From the NCBI RefSeq assembly GCF_009914755.1, contig NC_060932.1: a stretch of DNA of 64,000 nucleotides, one strand, 5' to 3'. A program made the translations under genes and the position numbers. This DNA is from the human T2T-CHM13v2.0 reference genome, Homo sapiens. Below are positions 40,211 through 54,200 of the stretch, one piece after another. Within the stretch, counting starts at the first letter, position 1. Each line of letters begins with the position of its first letter. The notes beneath the pieces were generated by a model, which was not told the DNA's origin, did no database searches, and was given only the letters and a program-made list of their open reading frames with translations.

Positions 40211-40441
40211 GCTGGTCAGAACTATTGTATTTGTTTGCTTATTTTTCTGTGACCTCGGGCACATTTCAGAAGGTACACGTTGAGCCTCAACCTCTCTGGA
40301 ATATTATTATATTAAATGGTAGAGCCCCTAAAAAGCACTTAGAGCACCCCTTCACAGGTAGCAAAAGCCTGTATAACAGCCCGCGATGAAGACTGGCGAC
40401 AGGCCCCTGGCTCCTCCATACGATGCATTAAAAATAGGATA

Positions 40442-40559
40442 GGCCCAGTGTGGTGGCTCACGCCTGTAGTCCCAGCACTTTGGGAGGCTGAGGCGGGCAG
40501 ATCACCTGAGGTTGGGAGTTTGAGACCAGCCTGACCAATGTCGTGAAACCCGTCTCTGC

Positions 40560-40590
<31 letters not shown>

Positions 40591-40767
40591 TAGCCGGGCA
40601 GTGGTGGTGCACGCCTATAATCCCAGCTACTCAAGAGGCTGAGGCAGGAGAATCACTTGAATCCAGGAGGCAGAGGTTGCAGTGAGCCAAGATTGCACCA
40701 CTGCAATCCAGCCTGGGCGACAGAGGGACACCCTGTCTTTAAAAAAATAAAAATAAAAAAAATAAAT
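40442..40767 (+). mobile_element. Alu (AluSq/Sp-like) with (TA)n in the linker
   Basis: Full dimer; (TA)n at ~40570-40591; A-rich tail. Confidence 0.95.
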
Positions 40768-40799
40768 CTGGATAAAACTGACATAGATGTGTTTTTCAT

Positions 40800-41020
40800 T
40801 GAGTCAATAAGCATTTATTGATTAACAATAATGCATACTGGCTGTCATTAAAGGACTTAGCCCAGGAGACAGCCCCTCCTGGACAGGTTGTTTTGAGAAG
40901 ATATGTCTTGCAACCATTCCCATTTTCCAGATGGGAAAATTAAAGCTCAGAGAGGTCACATCACCTGCCTAAGGAGGCCTAAGAGCTAGCTGGTAGAGGA
41001 CCCAGTTGCTTCCACTTTGA
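40800..41020 (-). mobile_element. MIR fragment
   Basis: attcccattttccagatgggaaaattaaagctcagagaggtcacatcacctgcctaagg. Confidence 0.65.
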
Positions 41021-43499
41021 AAGCCCTTATTTCCCCTGTCCTCTGGCCATGGGAGCATCCTCAACCCCCAGCTTGTGACAGGCACCAGCACCTCTGTACA
41101 TCTTTGACAGAAAAGCAGTGAAAATGCCCAACTCAAAATAACTTTCCTGAGGCCCCCTTGAGAAAGTGACAAAGCCAGGCCTCAAACCCAGCGGGGCTGG
41201 ACATCAGGGCATCAGCTCTCCAGCCACTCCCAGGCCAAAGTCACTGCAGTGGGGTCCGATCACGCAGACAAGGTAGAGAGCTTCTACCCCATGCTGACCC
41301 AGTCTTAGACATACTGAAGACGCTGAGTTGGGCCATGTGCCTCTTGCTGTGTGACACACCATATGCCCCACATCCCAGTCTCCACCCACACAGAGCTTAC
41401 ATCCCAGTGTGGGGATCCCCCCACCCCAACTCAGCGCTTTGGGACATTTCCATTTTCCAGGTGATCAGGGCAGGGGCTGCAGGCTCAGACCCCCAGCACC
41501 TTCAGGTAGCCGATGCTGGCCATGTCTCAGGGCTCTTCCCATCCCAGCTGTATAGAAATGGCCAAAAGTACACAAGGTAGGGTCGTGGGTGTCCCCTGCC
41601 AGGCTTGCCCTCGTCACAGCCCTGGGAAGCAAGCAGAGCCCACAGGAAGGGTATGCCCTCCCCTCTGGGGCCTCAGCTTCCCAGTGATAAGAATCACCTG
41701 GGGCGAGGTATCCTGAGCGCCCCATCATCCAGCCCCCAGCACCAGCCCAGGCTGACGGCCCAGCTCCAGGGAACTTTGAGTTTCAAAGGAGGTCCCAGGA
41801 GAGGCCAACAGGGACTGGTGTCTACAATTCCAGGGCAAAGGCCTGGCTTTGGAGCCTGACACACAGGAAGTGCAGGCTGTGTCACTTTGGGACCAAGCTC
41901 CCAGACCTCTGAGGACGTCCATTTCTGGGCTGCAAAGGGGACCATTTGACCCACCTGGGTGGGATGTGGTGAGGCCTAGCCCCAGGAGGTGAATAGAGGC
42001 TCACTCCCCTTTCTCTGTGAGGGCCAGCCTCCTGTTCCTGTGGGGAGGGACTGCTGGCTGCTGGTCCACAGTCCACAGTGGATCCTCAAGTGGTGGCTTG
42101 GGGACCAAGGTGTGTCGAGAGGGGCTCAGGTCAGGATGGTGCTGGTGGGACAGAGGCAGACTCAAGGCCAGGCTGACCTTCACTGAACTTCCCCAGCGCC
42201 TGCCTAGCCTGACTGTGGTCAGGGGCCCACCTCTCCCCCACCACTTGGGGAGGATCCTGTAGCCGCCCCATTCCCTGTGGGCCTCTGGGCCTCCCCATCC
42301 TCCTGAGGCCCCACATCCCACTCTACTGCAGGCAGAGATGGCAGGAGCAGGCTATGGGGTGAGCTGGGAGGCTGGGGTCCTTCCTGCCCAGGGCTCTGCA
42401 AGTGAAGCCACAGCAGGGACTCAGATGGGCCAAAGGCCTGGCTTGCTAGGGGCTGGGTGTGGCCAGGATGGGGGACGAGGGGACACGCAGGTGGCCAGGG
42501 CAGTGTGAGGCGAAGGGGGACTGGGTGAGTTCTTTATGCTGAGCTGTACATGGCATCGACCCTGCTCTCTAGTGGCAGCTGTATTCATAAGACAGGGACA
42601 TGCAAAAAAGGAGGCTCAAGTTCTGTGCCACCACCAGCCGCTGGCCTGACCCCATGCACCAGGTCCTACCAGGTCCAGGCTTGGCCCCTTCTGCTGGCCT
42701 GGACTGGACAGGCCTAGGCTGCCAGGTTAAGGCCTCAGTCAGCCATACCCCACCCCCTGCTCTTCCAGCTGCTCCTGGCCTTGAGGGAGGGTCTAGCCAG
42801 GGTGGGCAGCCACAGCCATTTTCAACCCAACTCCATATTTCATGAGCACCCACCCTGAACAGACACTGTGCCAGCCCAGAGGATTTAGCAGAGAATCAAG
42901 GAGACACAGTCTGGCCCTCCTAGTGAGGTGCGGGGGACAGGGGAGGGGGGTCAGGGAAAGGGGAGAAGGGAGGAAGGGGAGGGGTGGGGGAAGGGGGGGG
43001 GGCTGGAGGACAGATCTCAGGCTAGGAGCTTCCTGACGCTGCAGAGGGTAGATGCGCCTTAGTGTGCAGGGGCTTAGTAAAAGGGAGCACCCCTGCCTTC
43101 ACCCCCAGCTCTTCACACCAGGGCAGCACCCCTCCAGCCCCACAAAGTGCCCCAGTGCTGTTCTAAGCCCCTCAGAGTCCATGGCATCTCCCAGACACAA
43201 CACACTCCCTGGGAGGAAAGGAGGGACTGTGCAGGTCTGAAGAGGAAGAGACCCACCCAGAGCCTCTGCTGAAATGGGCTGAAGCTTCCTCATGCACACA
43301 TGTGCACACGCCCCACATACACATGCACACACACGTGCACACACACAGGGTCCCAGTGAATCCTCCCAGGCCACCCAGCATCAAAGCCTGGGAGCATCCA
43401 GGTCTGAAGACAAAAGGAAGACAGGTCAGCGCGAGGCCAACACAGCAAACGTGTTCCTCCCATCCGCTCTTGGGGGACTACAGGTGGTCACATGCTCTC

Positions 43500-43759
43500 G
43501 GCGCCCCCATCAACACAGAGCACCTCCTCTGGGCCCCATCTAGACCCTCACACACCACCACCTTAGCCTCAATCCCTGGCGCGAAAGACAGTGAGGCGAG
43601 AGTGACACTTGGTGATGACAGCATTGCTTCCCACCTGCTCGTTCACCCTGAGGACACACCTGTGCAGGAGTCCAGCTACTCTGAAGCCACTCTGCAGAGA
43701 GACCACAGAGACAGAGGGAAACCCAGGCATTCACGTTTTCCCCCCAGGAACAGACGCGC

Positions 43760-43803
<44 letters not shown>

Positions 43804-44015
43804 GAGAGAGAGATAGAGAGAGAGAAGGTGCTTTTGTGCCAATTCCAGCCTTAACTCAGTGTCGCTGCAACCGCCTGAGAGACCTCGAGGAAGCACTGCC
43901 TGCCTGAGCCCAGCCAGTCCCCAGAAATGAGAGAGACAACATTAGCAAACGATTGCTGTCGCTTTGCACCACTGAGATGGAGATGTTTGTTATGTAGCCA
44001 CGGATAAGTGGAACA
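43500..44015 (+). mobile_element. MLT1G/H-type MaLR LTR containing a microsatellite
   Basis: ctgcaaccgcctgagagacc...ctgagcccagccagtccccagaa...tgtttgttatgtagccacggataagtggaaca terminus. Confidence 0.65.
43755..43826. repeat. Compound (CG)/(GT)n/(GA)n microsatellite
   Basis: cgcgcgtgcgcacg, then a (TG) run to 43800, then an AG run. Confidence 0.95.
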
Positions 44016-45175
44016 AGCTCTTATACAGGAAGCGTGAAGTCAGTCAAGGAAACGAGAAGAAATTGCGAAATAACACATCGGGGCCTGACACTCTGTGCCA
44101 AGTCCCTGAATGCTCTGGAGAACGCTGCGAGGGCTTGCGGCTATCCTACAGAGGAGGAAACGGGAGCAGGGACCGATCAAGCCGCCTGCCCAAGGCCATA
44201 CACTAAGATTTGAACCCAGCCACAGCTAAGATTTGAACCCAGACAGGACAGACTGACCGGGAGGGGCAGAACCAGGGCTGTGATGTCTGACATTATGTGA
44301 CCTTGGTCAAGTCTGTCCTCTTTCAGGTCCTTCGTCTCCTCACCTGCAAGATGGGTATGTTGTGTTCAAAGACTTCTCTGCAGTCCTTTCCCTCCCCTGA
44401 ATCTCCTTGAGAGCAAACCCTGCTGGTTCCACTCTTCAGCATGAATCCTGCTGGTCCAGGGAGCTGCTCTGTCTCCCGCCCTAGCCCACCCAGCCTTCCC
44501 AGCCAGGCAAAGCCCTCCAGAGCCCGCCTCCCCTCCCCTACACAGCCTCTAGGCCTTAACATATCACTGCAAGCTGGCTGCATTTCAAGCTATGTCCAGC
44601 TTCCCTTATTAGCTAAATATGCTCCCCCAAACTCAAGCCCCCCAACAAACCTAGTTTCACCGAATTGAGAATCCAGAAGACGCTTAGCCACCAGGAGCTG
44701 GCAGCCAGAAACTGCCGTCACCTTTGTCAGGTGCCAACCACAGACAGGGCACAGACCCCGCCCTCCACTCTACAGTCATATCCTGACCACCAGCAAGTCC
44801 AGCCTGGTCAGGCTGGGAGCCGTAAGGCGTGTGACCACATCCCAGCCTGGTGTCATGGCCCTCCAGGGTCTTGCCCAGTTCTCCTTGGCCAGAGTCCTCA
44901 GTCACTGGAACTTCTGGTTCCCAAGAGCCAGCTCCTCCAGCCATTGCAGAGGCTCCCTCTGGCTTCATTCCTGGAGCACGGGCTGGGTGGGGCCACCGTG
45001 TGGCTTTTGCAGAAGGGAGGGAAAGATAACCCTCCCCCAGCAATAAAAAAAAAAATCAAACCTGAGGGATCTGGGGGGGATGTCTCCTTCCTACAACAAG
45101 CACAGCAGGCCCCAGCACCAGTATAATTCTACACAAGGTAACCAGGCCCAGGCGGCCACACAGCCATTGCTACTG

Positions 45176-45695
45176 CACGTTTTAGTTTTCTGAGGCTGCC
45201 GTCACAAATTGCCATGAACTCGGTGGCTTAAAACAACACATTTTCTCTTGCAGTTCAAGAGGTTAGAAGTTGCAATGGGCCTCATGAAGCTAAAAATCAA
45301 GGGGTCGCAGGGCTGCCTACCTTCTGAGGGCCATCCGGGAGAGGTCACTCCCTGCTTTTTCCAGGTTTTAGATGCTTCTGCACTGCATGGCTCATAGATG
45401 GCCCCTTCCCCTGTCTTCAAAGCAGGGCTGTAGTCCTCACATCACACCCCTCCGACCTCTGCTTCAATCATCAGAACTCTCCTGACTCTACCCTCCTGCC
45501 TCCCTCTTATAAAGACGCTGATATCACATTGGGCCCACCTGGATTGATCCAGGAACCTCGCCCTTTCTTAAGCTCAGGTGATCAGCAATCTGAACTCCAT
45601 CTGCAACCTTAATTCCCCCTTGCTATGGAAGGTAACATCCACAGATTTGCAGACATCTTTGTGGGGCTGAAGGAGAAGACACTATTCTGCCAACT
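45176..45695 (-). mobile_element. MLT1C/D-type MaLR LTR
   Basis: ggctgccgtcacaaattgccatgaactcggtggcttaaaacaacaca...cattgggcccacctggat...ccatctgcaaccttaattccccttgc...ctattctgcc. Confidence 0.85.
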
Positions 45696-45870
45696 GTTAG
45701 GTGCCTACCTTGCCCTGGCTCTGTGCCCACCTGCCGGAAGAGCTTCACAGGTGTTCTGTGGACCTTAGCTCCTTCACCACCCACCCTGCTCCTGACAGCT
45801 AACTCTGTAAAATGAGGTGGCCGTGCACAAAGGGCTGCCATCAGATCACCCCACAGCCTGCTGTCCAGAC

Positions 45871-46010
45871 CAGCCCTTCTCAAACTTGAATGTGTACACA
45901 GTGCCCTGGGGTCTTGTCAGAATGCAACTTCCAACACGGTAGGTCTGGCAGGGCTGAGCCTCCACCATCCACCCCGCTGCCAGGTGAAGCTGGCACTGCT
46001 GGCCCACAAA
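45871..46010. mobile_element. MER5A-like hAT fragment
   Basis: cttctcaaacttgaatgtgtaca...cctggggtcttgtcagaatgca...gtaggtctgg. Confidence 0.55.
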
Positions 46011-46569
46011 TGGCGTCAGTGTGGCCGAGCCTGAGAAGCTCAGCCCTAGAACCACCTCAAGAGGGTTAAATGCATCAACACCCGCCACACAGCACAACTC
46101 TGTCACACAGCACCTGGGAAGTAGTGAGTGCTCCTAAAGCAAGCCAAGCACCCCGGGAGCTGTGTCTTGTAAGGGAAGAACTTGGGTCCCATCTGGGATT
46201 TGATCCCAGCTACCTGGTCACCAGCCATGGGCCCTGTGGCAATTAGGTCCCTGTTCTAAGCAGGAGAGAACTGAGAGGGGAGTCACAGTAAATACCTGCT
46301 AGGGAGACAGCTGCAAAGCCTGGCTTTCCAGTGCACTGGCCAGGTGACAAGAGGCAAGTTCCTAACACTCCTGAGCCTTGCTTTCCCCATCTGTAGAATG
46401 GAAGTCATCCTATTGTGTAGGGTGGGTAAGACAATATGCAATCCCATTACCATGTACTAAGCACGGCGCTATGTCAGTGCTGTGTGAGGTGCTTTCTGTC
46501 TATTAAGTGCTAATATAAATACCTAGCAGGAGCCTCTCGGGTTTAAATGAGTCGGCCGTCCGGTGGCAC

Positions 46570-46710
46570 TCTCTAAAGTGCTCAGAACACTGTGGTCATC
46601 CCCATTTTTATGGAGGAGGAAACTGAGGCAAAGAGGATCCATCAGTCACCAAAAGCTCACAGGCCACTGAGCAGCATGGTCAGGACTTGAACCTAGGCTC
46701 AGCTCTGCAC
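46570..46710 (-). mobile_element. MIR fragment
   Basis: catccccatttttatggaggaggaaactgaggcaaagagg...caggacttgaacctagg. Confidence 0.7.
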
Positions 46711-47534
46711 TTGCAGCCGCCACAACATTGCTGAGGCCAGGCTTCTGAGCCCAGGCTGCGGAGCCCAGCACTGTGCATACAGCAGGTGCTCAAATCCCTG
46801 CCGGCTGAACGGAGAAGGTGCTTGGCTGCATGGAAAGCTCTAGATCCATGTCTAGCTGTATCCGCTAGTTGGCACATCACCAGCTCTTTACCAACATCTG
46901 GCTTGATTTTTGTCATTTCTTTCTGCTTAACATTTTCCTCATCCATTTTTTCAGCCTTAAGGCACCTGCCCCCTTCAAGGTAAGACCCAAGCTGGGCACT
47001 GAGGCCCTTGGCTTTGCCCTGGCCCAGAGGGCTGAGTTTCACCCTTCAGCAATGGTGCCATTCCTCCTGCAATGCCTGTCCCCTATGGCAGCATTGCCAC
47101 GGCTGCCTCTGTAGCCATGCCCAGGTGAGGCCTGCCCGTCCACCCTGTCCAGCTCTCACAGGGCTCCCACAGGGCTTGGTGCAGACCAGACAGCCCAAGG
47201 GGAACATTGCTATGATGCAGATCTGCATGCCCAGGACACAAAGTGGCCCAAGGCCACACCATCTCAGAAGCGCCCGAGTGGGCTGGGATTCTGGCCCTGA
47301 TTCCCCCACCTATCAGACCAGTCCCCACAGGGGATGCACTCCAGGTCGCCTGCTGGCCTTAGCTCCATCCTTGCCGCCCAGGCAGTTCAGTCCCTAAAGG
47401 CCTCTTCCATCAAGATGGAACTGAATGGGCTTGTAGCAGGTGTTTGTGACCCTGCCATTGCACTTCTAGGGATTTATCCTAAGGAGAAAATTGGACAAGT
47501 GTGCAAATGAATGTGCATAAAAACGGTCCCCACA

Positions 47535-47830
<296 letters not shown>

Positions 47831-47922
47831 TCACAACATTCCTTATAACGGCAAAAAATGAAATAACCTACACCTCCAACATAGGAGAACAATTCCTAAT
47901 GGCTGATTAAGATTCCATTGCA

Positions 47923-48016
47923 CGGGAGGCAGAGCTTGCAGTGAGCTGAGATCGTGCCACTGCACTCCAGCCTGGGCGACAGAGCAAGACTCCGTCTTAA
48001 TAAAAAAAAAAAAAAA
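47923..48016 (+). mobile_element. 5'-truncated AluY-like right-arm fragment
   Basis: gagcttgcagtgagc diagnostic, A-tail, perfect 14-bp TSD aagattccattgca (47909-47922, 48015-48028). Confidence 0.92.
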
Positions 48017-48258
48017 GATTCCATTGCATAGTTGGGCCATGCACAGTGCTGCACATCCGCATCACTCCAAAGCCACACCTCCTTTTACCATTCCTTGCTT
48101 TACTACACTTTGCAGATACTGTGTTTCTTACCAATTGAGTTTGTGGCAACCCTGCAGCAAGCAAGTCTATTGGCACCATTTTTCCAACATCATGTGCTCA
48201 CTTCATGTCTGTGTGTCAGCATTTTTTAGCAATAAAGTATTTTTCAATTAAGGTATGT

Positions 48259-48462
48259 GGTTATGAGTTCAGTTCTTTTGCATTTGCTGAGGAATGTTTT
48301 GGAGGGTGGAGGGTGAGAGAGGAGGGAGAGGAGCAAAAAAATTAACTCATGGCTTAATACTTGGATGATGAAGTGATCTGTACAACAAACCCCCATGACA
48401 TGGGTTTACCTATATAACAAATCTGGACATGTACCCTTGAACTTAAAATAAAAATTAAAAAA
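48259..48462 (+). mobile_element. Short primate L1 (older L1PA-type) with inverted 5' segment
   Basis: L1 3' UTR (atctgtacaacaaacccccatgaca...aacttaaaataaaa); 13-bp TSD aattaaggtatgt; 48259-48300 is reverse-strand ORF2 (KTFLSKCKRTELIT). Confidence 0.85.
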
Positions 48463-48540
48463 AATTAAGGTATGTACACTGTATTTTTAGACACAATGGT
48501 ACTGCACACTTAACAGACTGTAGTATAGTGTAAACAATAC

Positions 48541-48930
<390 letters not shown>

Positions 48931-49033
48931 TGAGCCTGAGTATCTCTGAGGAAGGGCTGCACATGTCATTTCTCTTTAATCTGAGGCTCAACCTTGTCAC
49001 GTTCAGCTGCTTTCTTTTCCAGCTCACATCTAT

Positions 49034-50608
49034 TCTCCATACCTCGGAGACAATGCAGTTTCGGTCTAAGACACCACAACAAAGCAATAGCAATAAAGCA
49101 AGCCACACACATTTTTTGATTTCTCAGTGCATCCAAAAGTTCTATTTACACTATACTGTTGTCTATTAAGTATGCAATCGTATTGTGTCTAAAATGAAAC
49201 AATATACATACCTCAATTAAAAGTACTCTACTGCTAAAAAAAAAAATGCTAATGATCATCTGAGCCTTGAGCAAGTTATAATTCTTTTGCTGGTGAAAAG
49301 TCTTGTCTTCATGTGAATGGCTGCTGATTGATTAGGGTGGTGGTTGCTAAAGGCTGGGGTGGCTGTTGCAGTTTCTTAAAATGAGACAACAATGAAGTTT
49401 GCTGCACAGATTGACTCTTCCTTTCACCAAAGATTTCTCTGGAGTATGCGATGCTGTTTGATAGCAATTTCCACGGACTAGGACTGCAGAAACTGGAGTC
49501 AGTCCTCTCAAACCCTGCTGCTACTTCATCAATTAAGTGTATGGAATATTCTAAATCCCTTGTTGTCATTTAAACAATGTGCATAGCATCTTCACCAGGA
49601 GAAGATTCCATCTCAAGAAACCACTGTCTTCACTCATCCATAAGAAGGAACTCCTCATCCATTAGTTTGATCATGAGATTGCAGCAATTCAGTCACATCT
49701 TCAGGCTCCACTTCTAATTCTAGTTCTCTTGCTATTTCCACCACATCTGTGGTTACTTCCTCAACTGAAGTCTTGAACCCCTCAAAGGGTTGGAATCAAC
49801 TTCTTTCAAACTCCTGTTCATGTTGATATTTTGACCTCCTTCTACGAATCACAAATGTTTTTACTGTCATATGGAATGGTATATTCCTTCTAAAAGGTTT
49901 TCTATTTACTTTGCCGAGATCCATCACAGAAATCTGTCTATGTCAACTATGGCATTACAAAATGTGTTTCTTAAATAATAATACTTGAAAGTCTAAATGA
50001 CTCCTTAATCCATGGGCTGCAGAAAGGATGTTGTGTTAGCAGGCATGAAAACCTCATTAATCTCTTTGTACATCTCCATCAGTGCTCTTGGGTGACAGGT
50101 GCATTGTCAATGAGCAGTCATATTTTGAAAGGAATCTCTTTTTCTGAGCAGTAGGTCTCAATATTGGGCTTAAAATATTCAGTAAGCCATGATGTAAACA
50201 GGCTGCCATCCAGGCTTTGTTGTACCACTTGTAGAGCACAGGCAGAGTAGAATTAGGGGGAATGGCTGGTGGGTGGAGCAGTCAGAACACACAACATTTA
50301 TCAATTAAGTGTGCCCTCTTGTACAGATGTGGTTCCTGGTGCCCCCAGACAATTACAATAGTAACGCCAAAGATCATTGATCACCATAACGGATTTAATA
50401 AATAATGAAAAAGTTTGAAATAGTGTGAGCATTACCAAAATGAGACGCAGAGACCCAAAGTGAGCACATGCTCTTGGAAACAAATGACACCAGTGGGCTT
50501 GATGACACGGGGTGCCACAAACCCTCAATTTGTTAAAAAAATAAAAATAAAAAAAGCAGTATCTATAAAGTACAATAAAGTGAAAAGCAATAAAACAAGC
50601 CCTGCCTG
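49034..50608 (-). mobile_element. Tigger1 DNA transposon (internally deleted transposase fossil)
   Basis: ORF 49309-49569 (MTTRDLEYSIHLIDEVAAGFERTDSSF..RKSQSVQQTSLLSHFKKL..) and 50057-50239 (LYKWYNKAWM) match Tigger1/TIGD1-type transposase; both termini recognisable; deletion junction near 50250. Confidence 0.92.
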
Positions 50609-50610
50609 TG

Positions 50611-50775
50611 CATTGTGTTAGGTATTGGAAGTAATCTGGAGATGATTTAAAGTATACAGAAGGATGTACCTGGGTTATGTGCAAATACCGCACCATTTTA
50701 TATCAGGGACTTGAACATCCATCAATTTGGGTTTCGGAGAGGATCCATTCTCCCCCAGGTACCAAAAGACAAATA
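50611..50775 (-). mobile_element. MER2 (TcMar-Tigger) half element
   Basis: cattgtgttaggtattggaagtaatctggagatgatttaaagtataca...ccattttatatcagggacttgaacatcc. Confidence 0.8.
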
Positions 50776-51557
50776 TATTTGAAAAGGAAGAATATGGACC
50801 AACAACATCCTGAGTCTCAGAGCCATTGATTTTGGAGGGCAGGAGATCAGATCTTTTTTAACTCATCTGTATTTTCTTATATTTCTTACAATAATTATGT
50901 ATTATTGATGTGATTAAAATGATTTTGTTTTTTAACGTTAAAAACAATGTGGTAGGTCAAACGTGGGTGGCCCGCCTCCCCAGCAGCATCTTCTGCAGCT
51001 CTAGGATTTGATGACCACCCCGGAGACATTCTCATCACAGGGCAGGGACAGGGCCCCAAGCTGGCCTGTGACGCGCACCTGCAGTGGCATCCCCTCCACT
51101 ATTGCCACCCCCAAGCCATGCGGAGAACCTCGCTCTGTTCTACATCCTACTCCTCCTATGGGCTTCCTTCCCTCGCTCCTTCCTGGGACCACCTCTATTC
51201 TGATAGCAATTATCAGTAACCAGAAGGAAGCGTAACCACAATAGCAACCACAGGTCTGTCAAGTGTCACTGGCCCTTCTGCTCCTAGAAGCTCATGTGCA
51301 GAGGAGGCCTGGGCTTCTGGCTGCCCAGCCTGAAGGGCAGAGGGCTTCTGTGGCAGCGGGCACATCCCCCTTTCTTTCCTGGCTCAGCCCCCATCACTCA
51401 CTGATGCACCCTCCTAGGGGACACCCTTCTGGAACTCTTGGGCCAATATCCTCACTTCTTTGTACTGTGTTCGCAGTGGAAGGAACCAAAAGCCAGCCCA
51501 GAGGAGGTGAGAGACGCCTAAGCCATGAACTCCCACCAGCAAGAGGCGGGAGGATGA

Positions 51558-52015
<458 letters not shown>

Positions 52016-53274
52016 TGAGCGTGGCAGGAGCACCACCGGCCCCCACCTGTCCTCATGGGGTCTGCAGTGCAGTGGGAGAGGCAGATGTGAAAATGTTAAC
52101 ACACTCGCAGTTCCCGCCCTGATGAACATGATGCAGCATCGGCTTGAGGCTAGGAGAACAAGGGCGGGGGTGAGATCCTTCCTCAGGCCGGGCAGGTGGG
52201 ACTGACCCCAGCAGCCACTCACGGCAGGGGCTCACCAAGGCTCGAGACCAGGTTCCTCACTCCAATCCCTCGCTTAACTCCCTGCAGCTTGGAGGTGGCT
52301 TTCTGGGTTCCTCCTCTCTAGGACAGGACACACACCACCCACCTGACTTCATCCAGCTGCCCAGAGGCAGGAGCAGGACCAGGGGAGGGCCTCGGGGCTG
52401 GCACAACGATTCCTTCCTTGGACTGTGTCTAGTTGCCTCCCATCCACACTTCGTGGTGGCAGGCTAAGCCCAGTCTTTAAGAGGGTGCTCTGGGGCCCCT
52501 GTAACCTGTAATTAACTGCTCAGACAATGTTCTGGGTAACACCACATCTGAAGACAAAATCAGCTCAACCCTTCTGGTCAGTCAAAATCCATTCACTTGG
52601 GCAAATGTAGAAAAACCAACAGCCAACACCAGGCCATATTAAAAATCACACTACAAGATGGTCTCAAAATAGACTCCAATACACAATTCCCATGGCAACG
52701 GCCCCTCGCCTGAGGCTGCCCCCAGGGGAGCCTGTAGCAGAGGGACATGGTTGTGGGACAGGGTCGGCCCACCCTGTCCAGACACAGCCCCCGTGGGGGA
52801 GCCTCTCTGTCTACAGCAGGCTTGGGGCCAAGAACTGGGTCTCCAGTCCTGTTTCCTCTCCAGAGACAGGAGCCGCATGGGAAGGAGCTTGAGGAGTGGA
52901 GTGTTTGGGGGTCACTTACATCCTAGGGTGTGCGGGCGGGGAAGGGCCACAGGCAGAAGGGGTCCCAAGCCCCGGGGCACCTGCGTGGGTTCCACCCTGC
53001 CCGGATCTTCCCTGGCATCACAGTGCAGAAGGCACTGCGCCAGGCGGGAGAGGGCAGGCTCATGTTGGGGAGCAGCCAGTGGTGGGGAAGGACAAGAAGG
53101 CGAGAGGAACAAATAAATGAATAACCAGAGGCTCAACCCACCTACCACGTGCAGAACGGGATTCGGGCAAGGAGAACGAGAGGCAAGAAGGTCCTCAATC
53201 CTTGGATCTGGGGAGCTAATTGCCCCCTTAGTTGACAAATGAGTGCCCAGCGGAACTGGGCTCAAAACCTTGTG

Positions 53275-53512
53275 TGATAGAGACAGAAAGTAGGTTAGTG
53301 GTGGCATAGGCCTGGGGGGAATGGAGGGCCGGGGGTGATGGCTACAGGGCACAGGTTTTCTTTTTCAGGTGAATAAAAGGTTCTAAAATCGACTGTGGAG
53401 ATGGCTGCGCATATCTGTGAAAATGCTCAATACCATTGAGTTGCAGAGTTTAAATTAGGGGATTGTATGCTATGTGAACGAAATCTCAATAAAGCCGCTA
53501 CAAAAATGAAAA
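53275..53512 (+). mobile_element. L1MB7/8-type 3' end
   Basis: tagagacagaaagtaggttagtggt...ttctaaaatcgactgtggagatggctgc...atctcaataaagccg. Confidence 0.85.
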
Positions 53513-54200
53513 AGTCAAAAGCCTTGCCAGGCCTATGCCAGGAATTGTGAGGGGCAGCTTAGCGGCACTGGCTGGGAGCTGGTGAGCAGTGGGGATGCGT
53601 GCAGCCCACCCGTCCCCTTGACAGGTGTCACCTCACTTAGCATCCCTGACAGTGTGGCTGGTAAAACACCACTGGCCCATTTTACAGATAGGGACAGCAG
53701 GGTTAGGAGAGCTTCAAGGGCTTTCCAGGGCTGCACAGCCGGCAAACAGACTGCAAAGAGAAAGAAAATGTGAGCAAAATGTCAGCTCTACACATTTGGG
53801 ATAGTGGGTTAAGCCCCTTTGCAGTTTGTAAAAATGCCACCAAAGAGATGATGGGCCCTCTTCTGCTGCAGTCAGGAGTGGGGTGGGGCCCCTCAGGGTG
53901 CTCTTGGATACCAGCCCCTCCCCACCCCTGCAGAGAGGAAAGTTTTCATCCCAGGATCATGCTGAGCCAGCATCCCACCTGCTCCCTGGCTCCCCCAAGG
54001 CCAGATTCGGGGACCTCTCCTCCTCCTGGAACCAGAGCTGACGGCTCCAGCCACGGCAGCCCCGCCCCTGCCCCACCGCCCTGGCCTTGTGCTATTCCCC
54101 TCTGCCTGAGCCCTTCCCTTCCTCCTGGCTCTAACCCCCTGCAGTGTGCCAGGGCGACAGGAACCCCAGGCTTGTTTCCAACAGCCAACCCACGTGGGGT

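Noticed and set aside
44195-44241. ~23-bp tandem duplication containing ctaagatttgaaccca
   Set aside because: Ordinary slippage duplication within a MIR; no sign of function.
49309-49569. TIGD1-like gene
   Set aside because: Fragmented, internally deleted Tigger1 transposase; no intact ORF.
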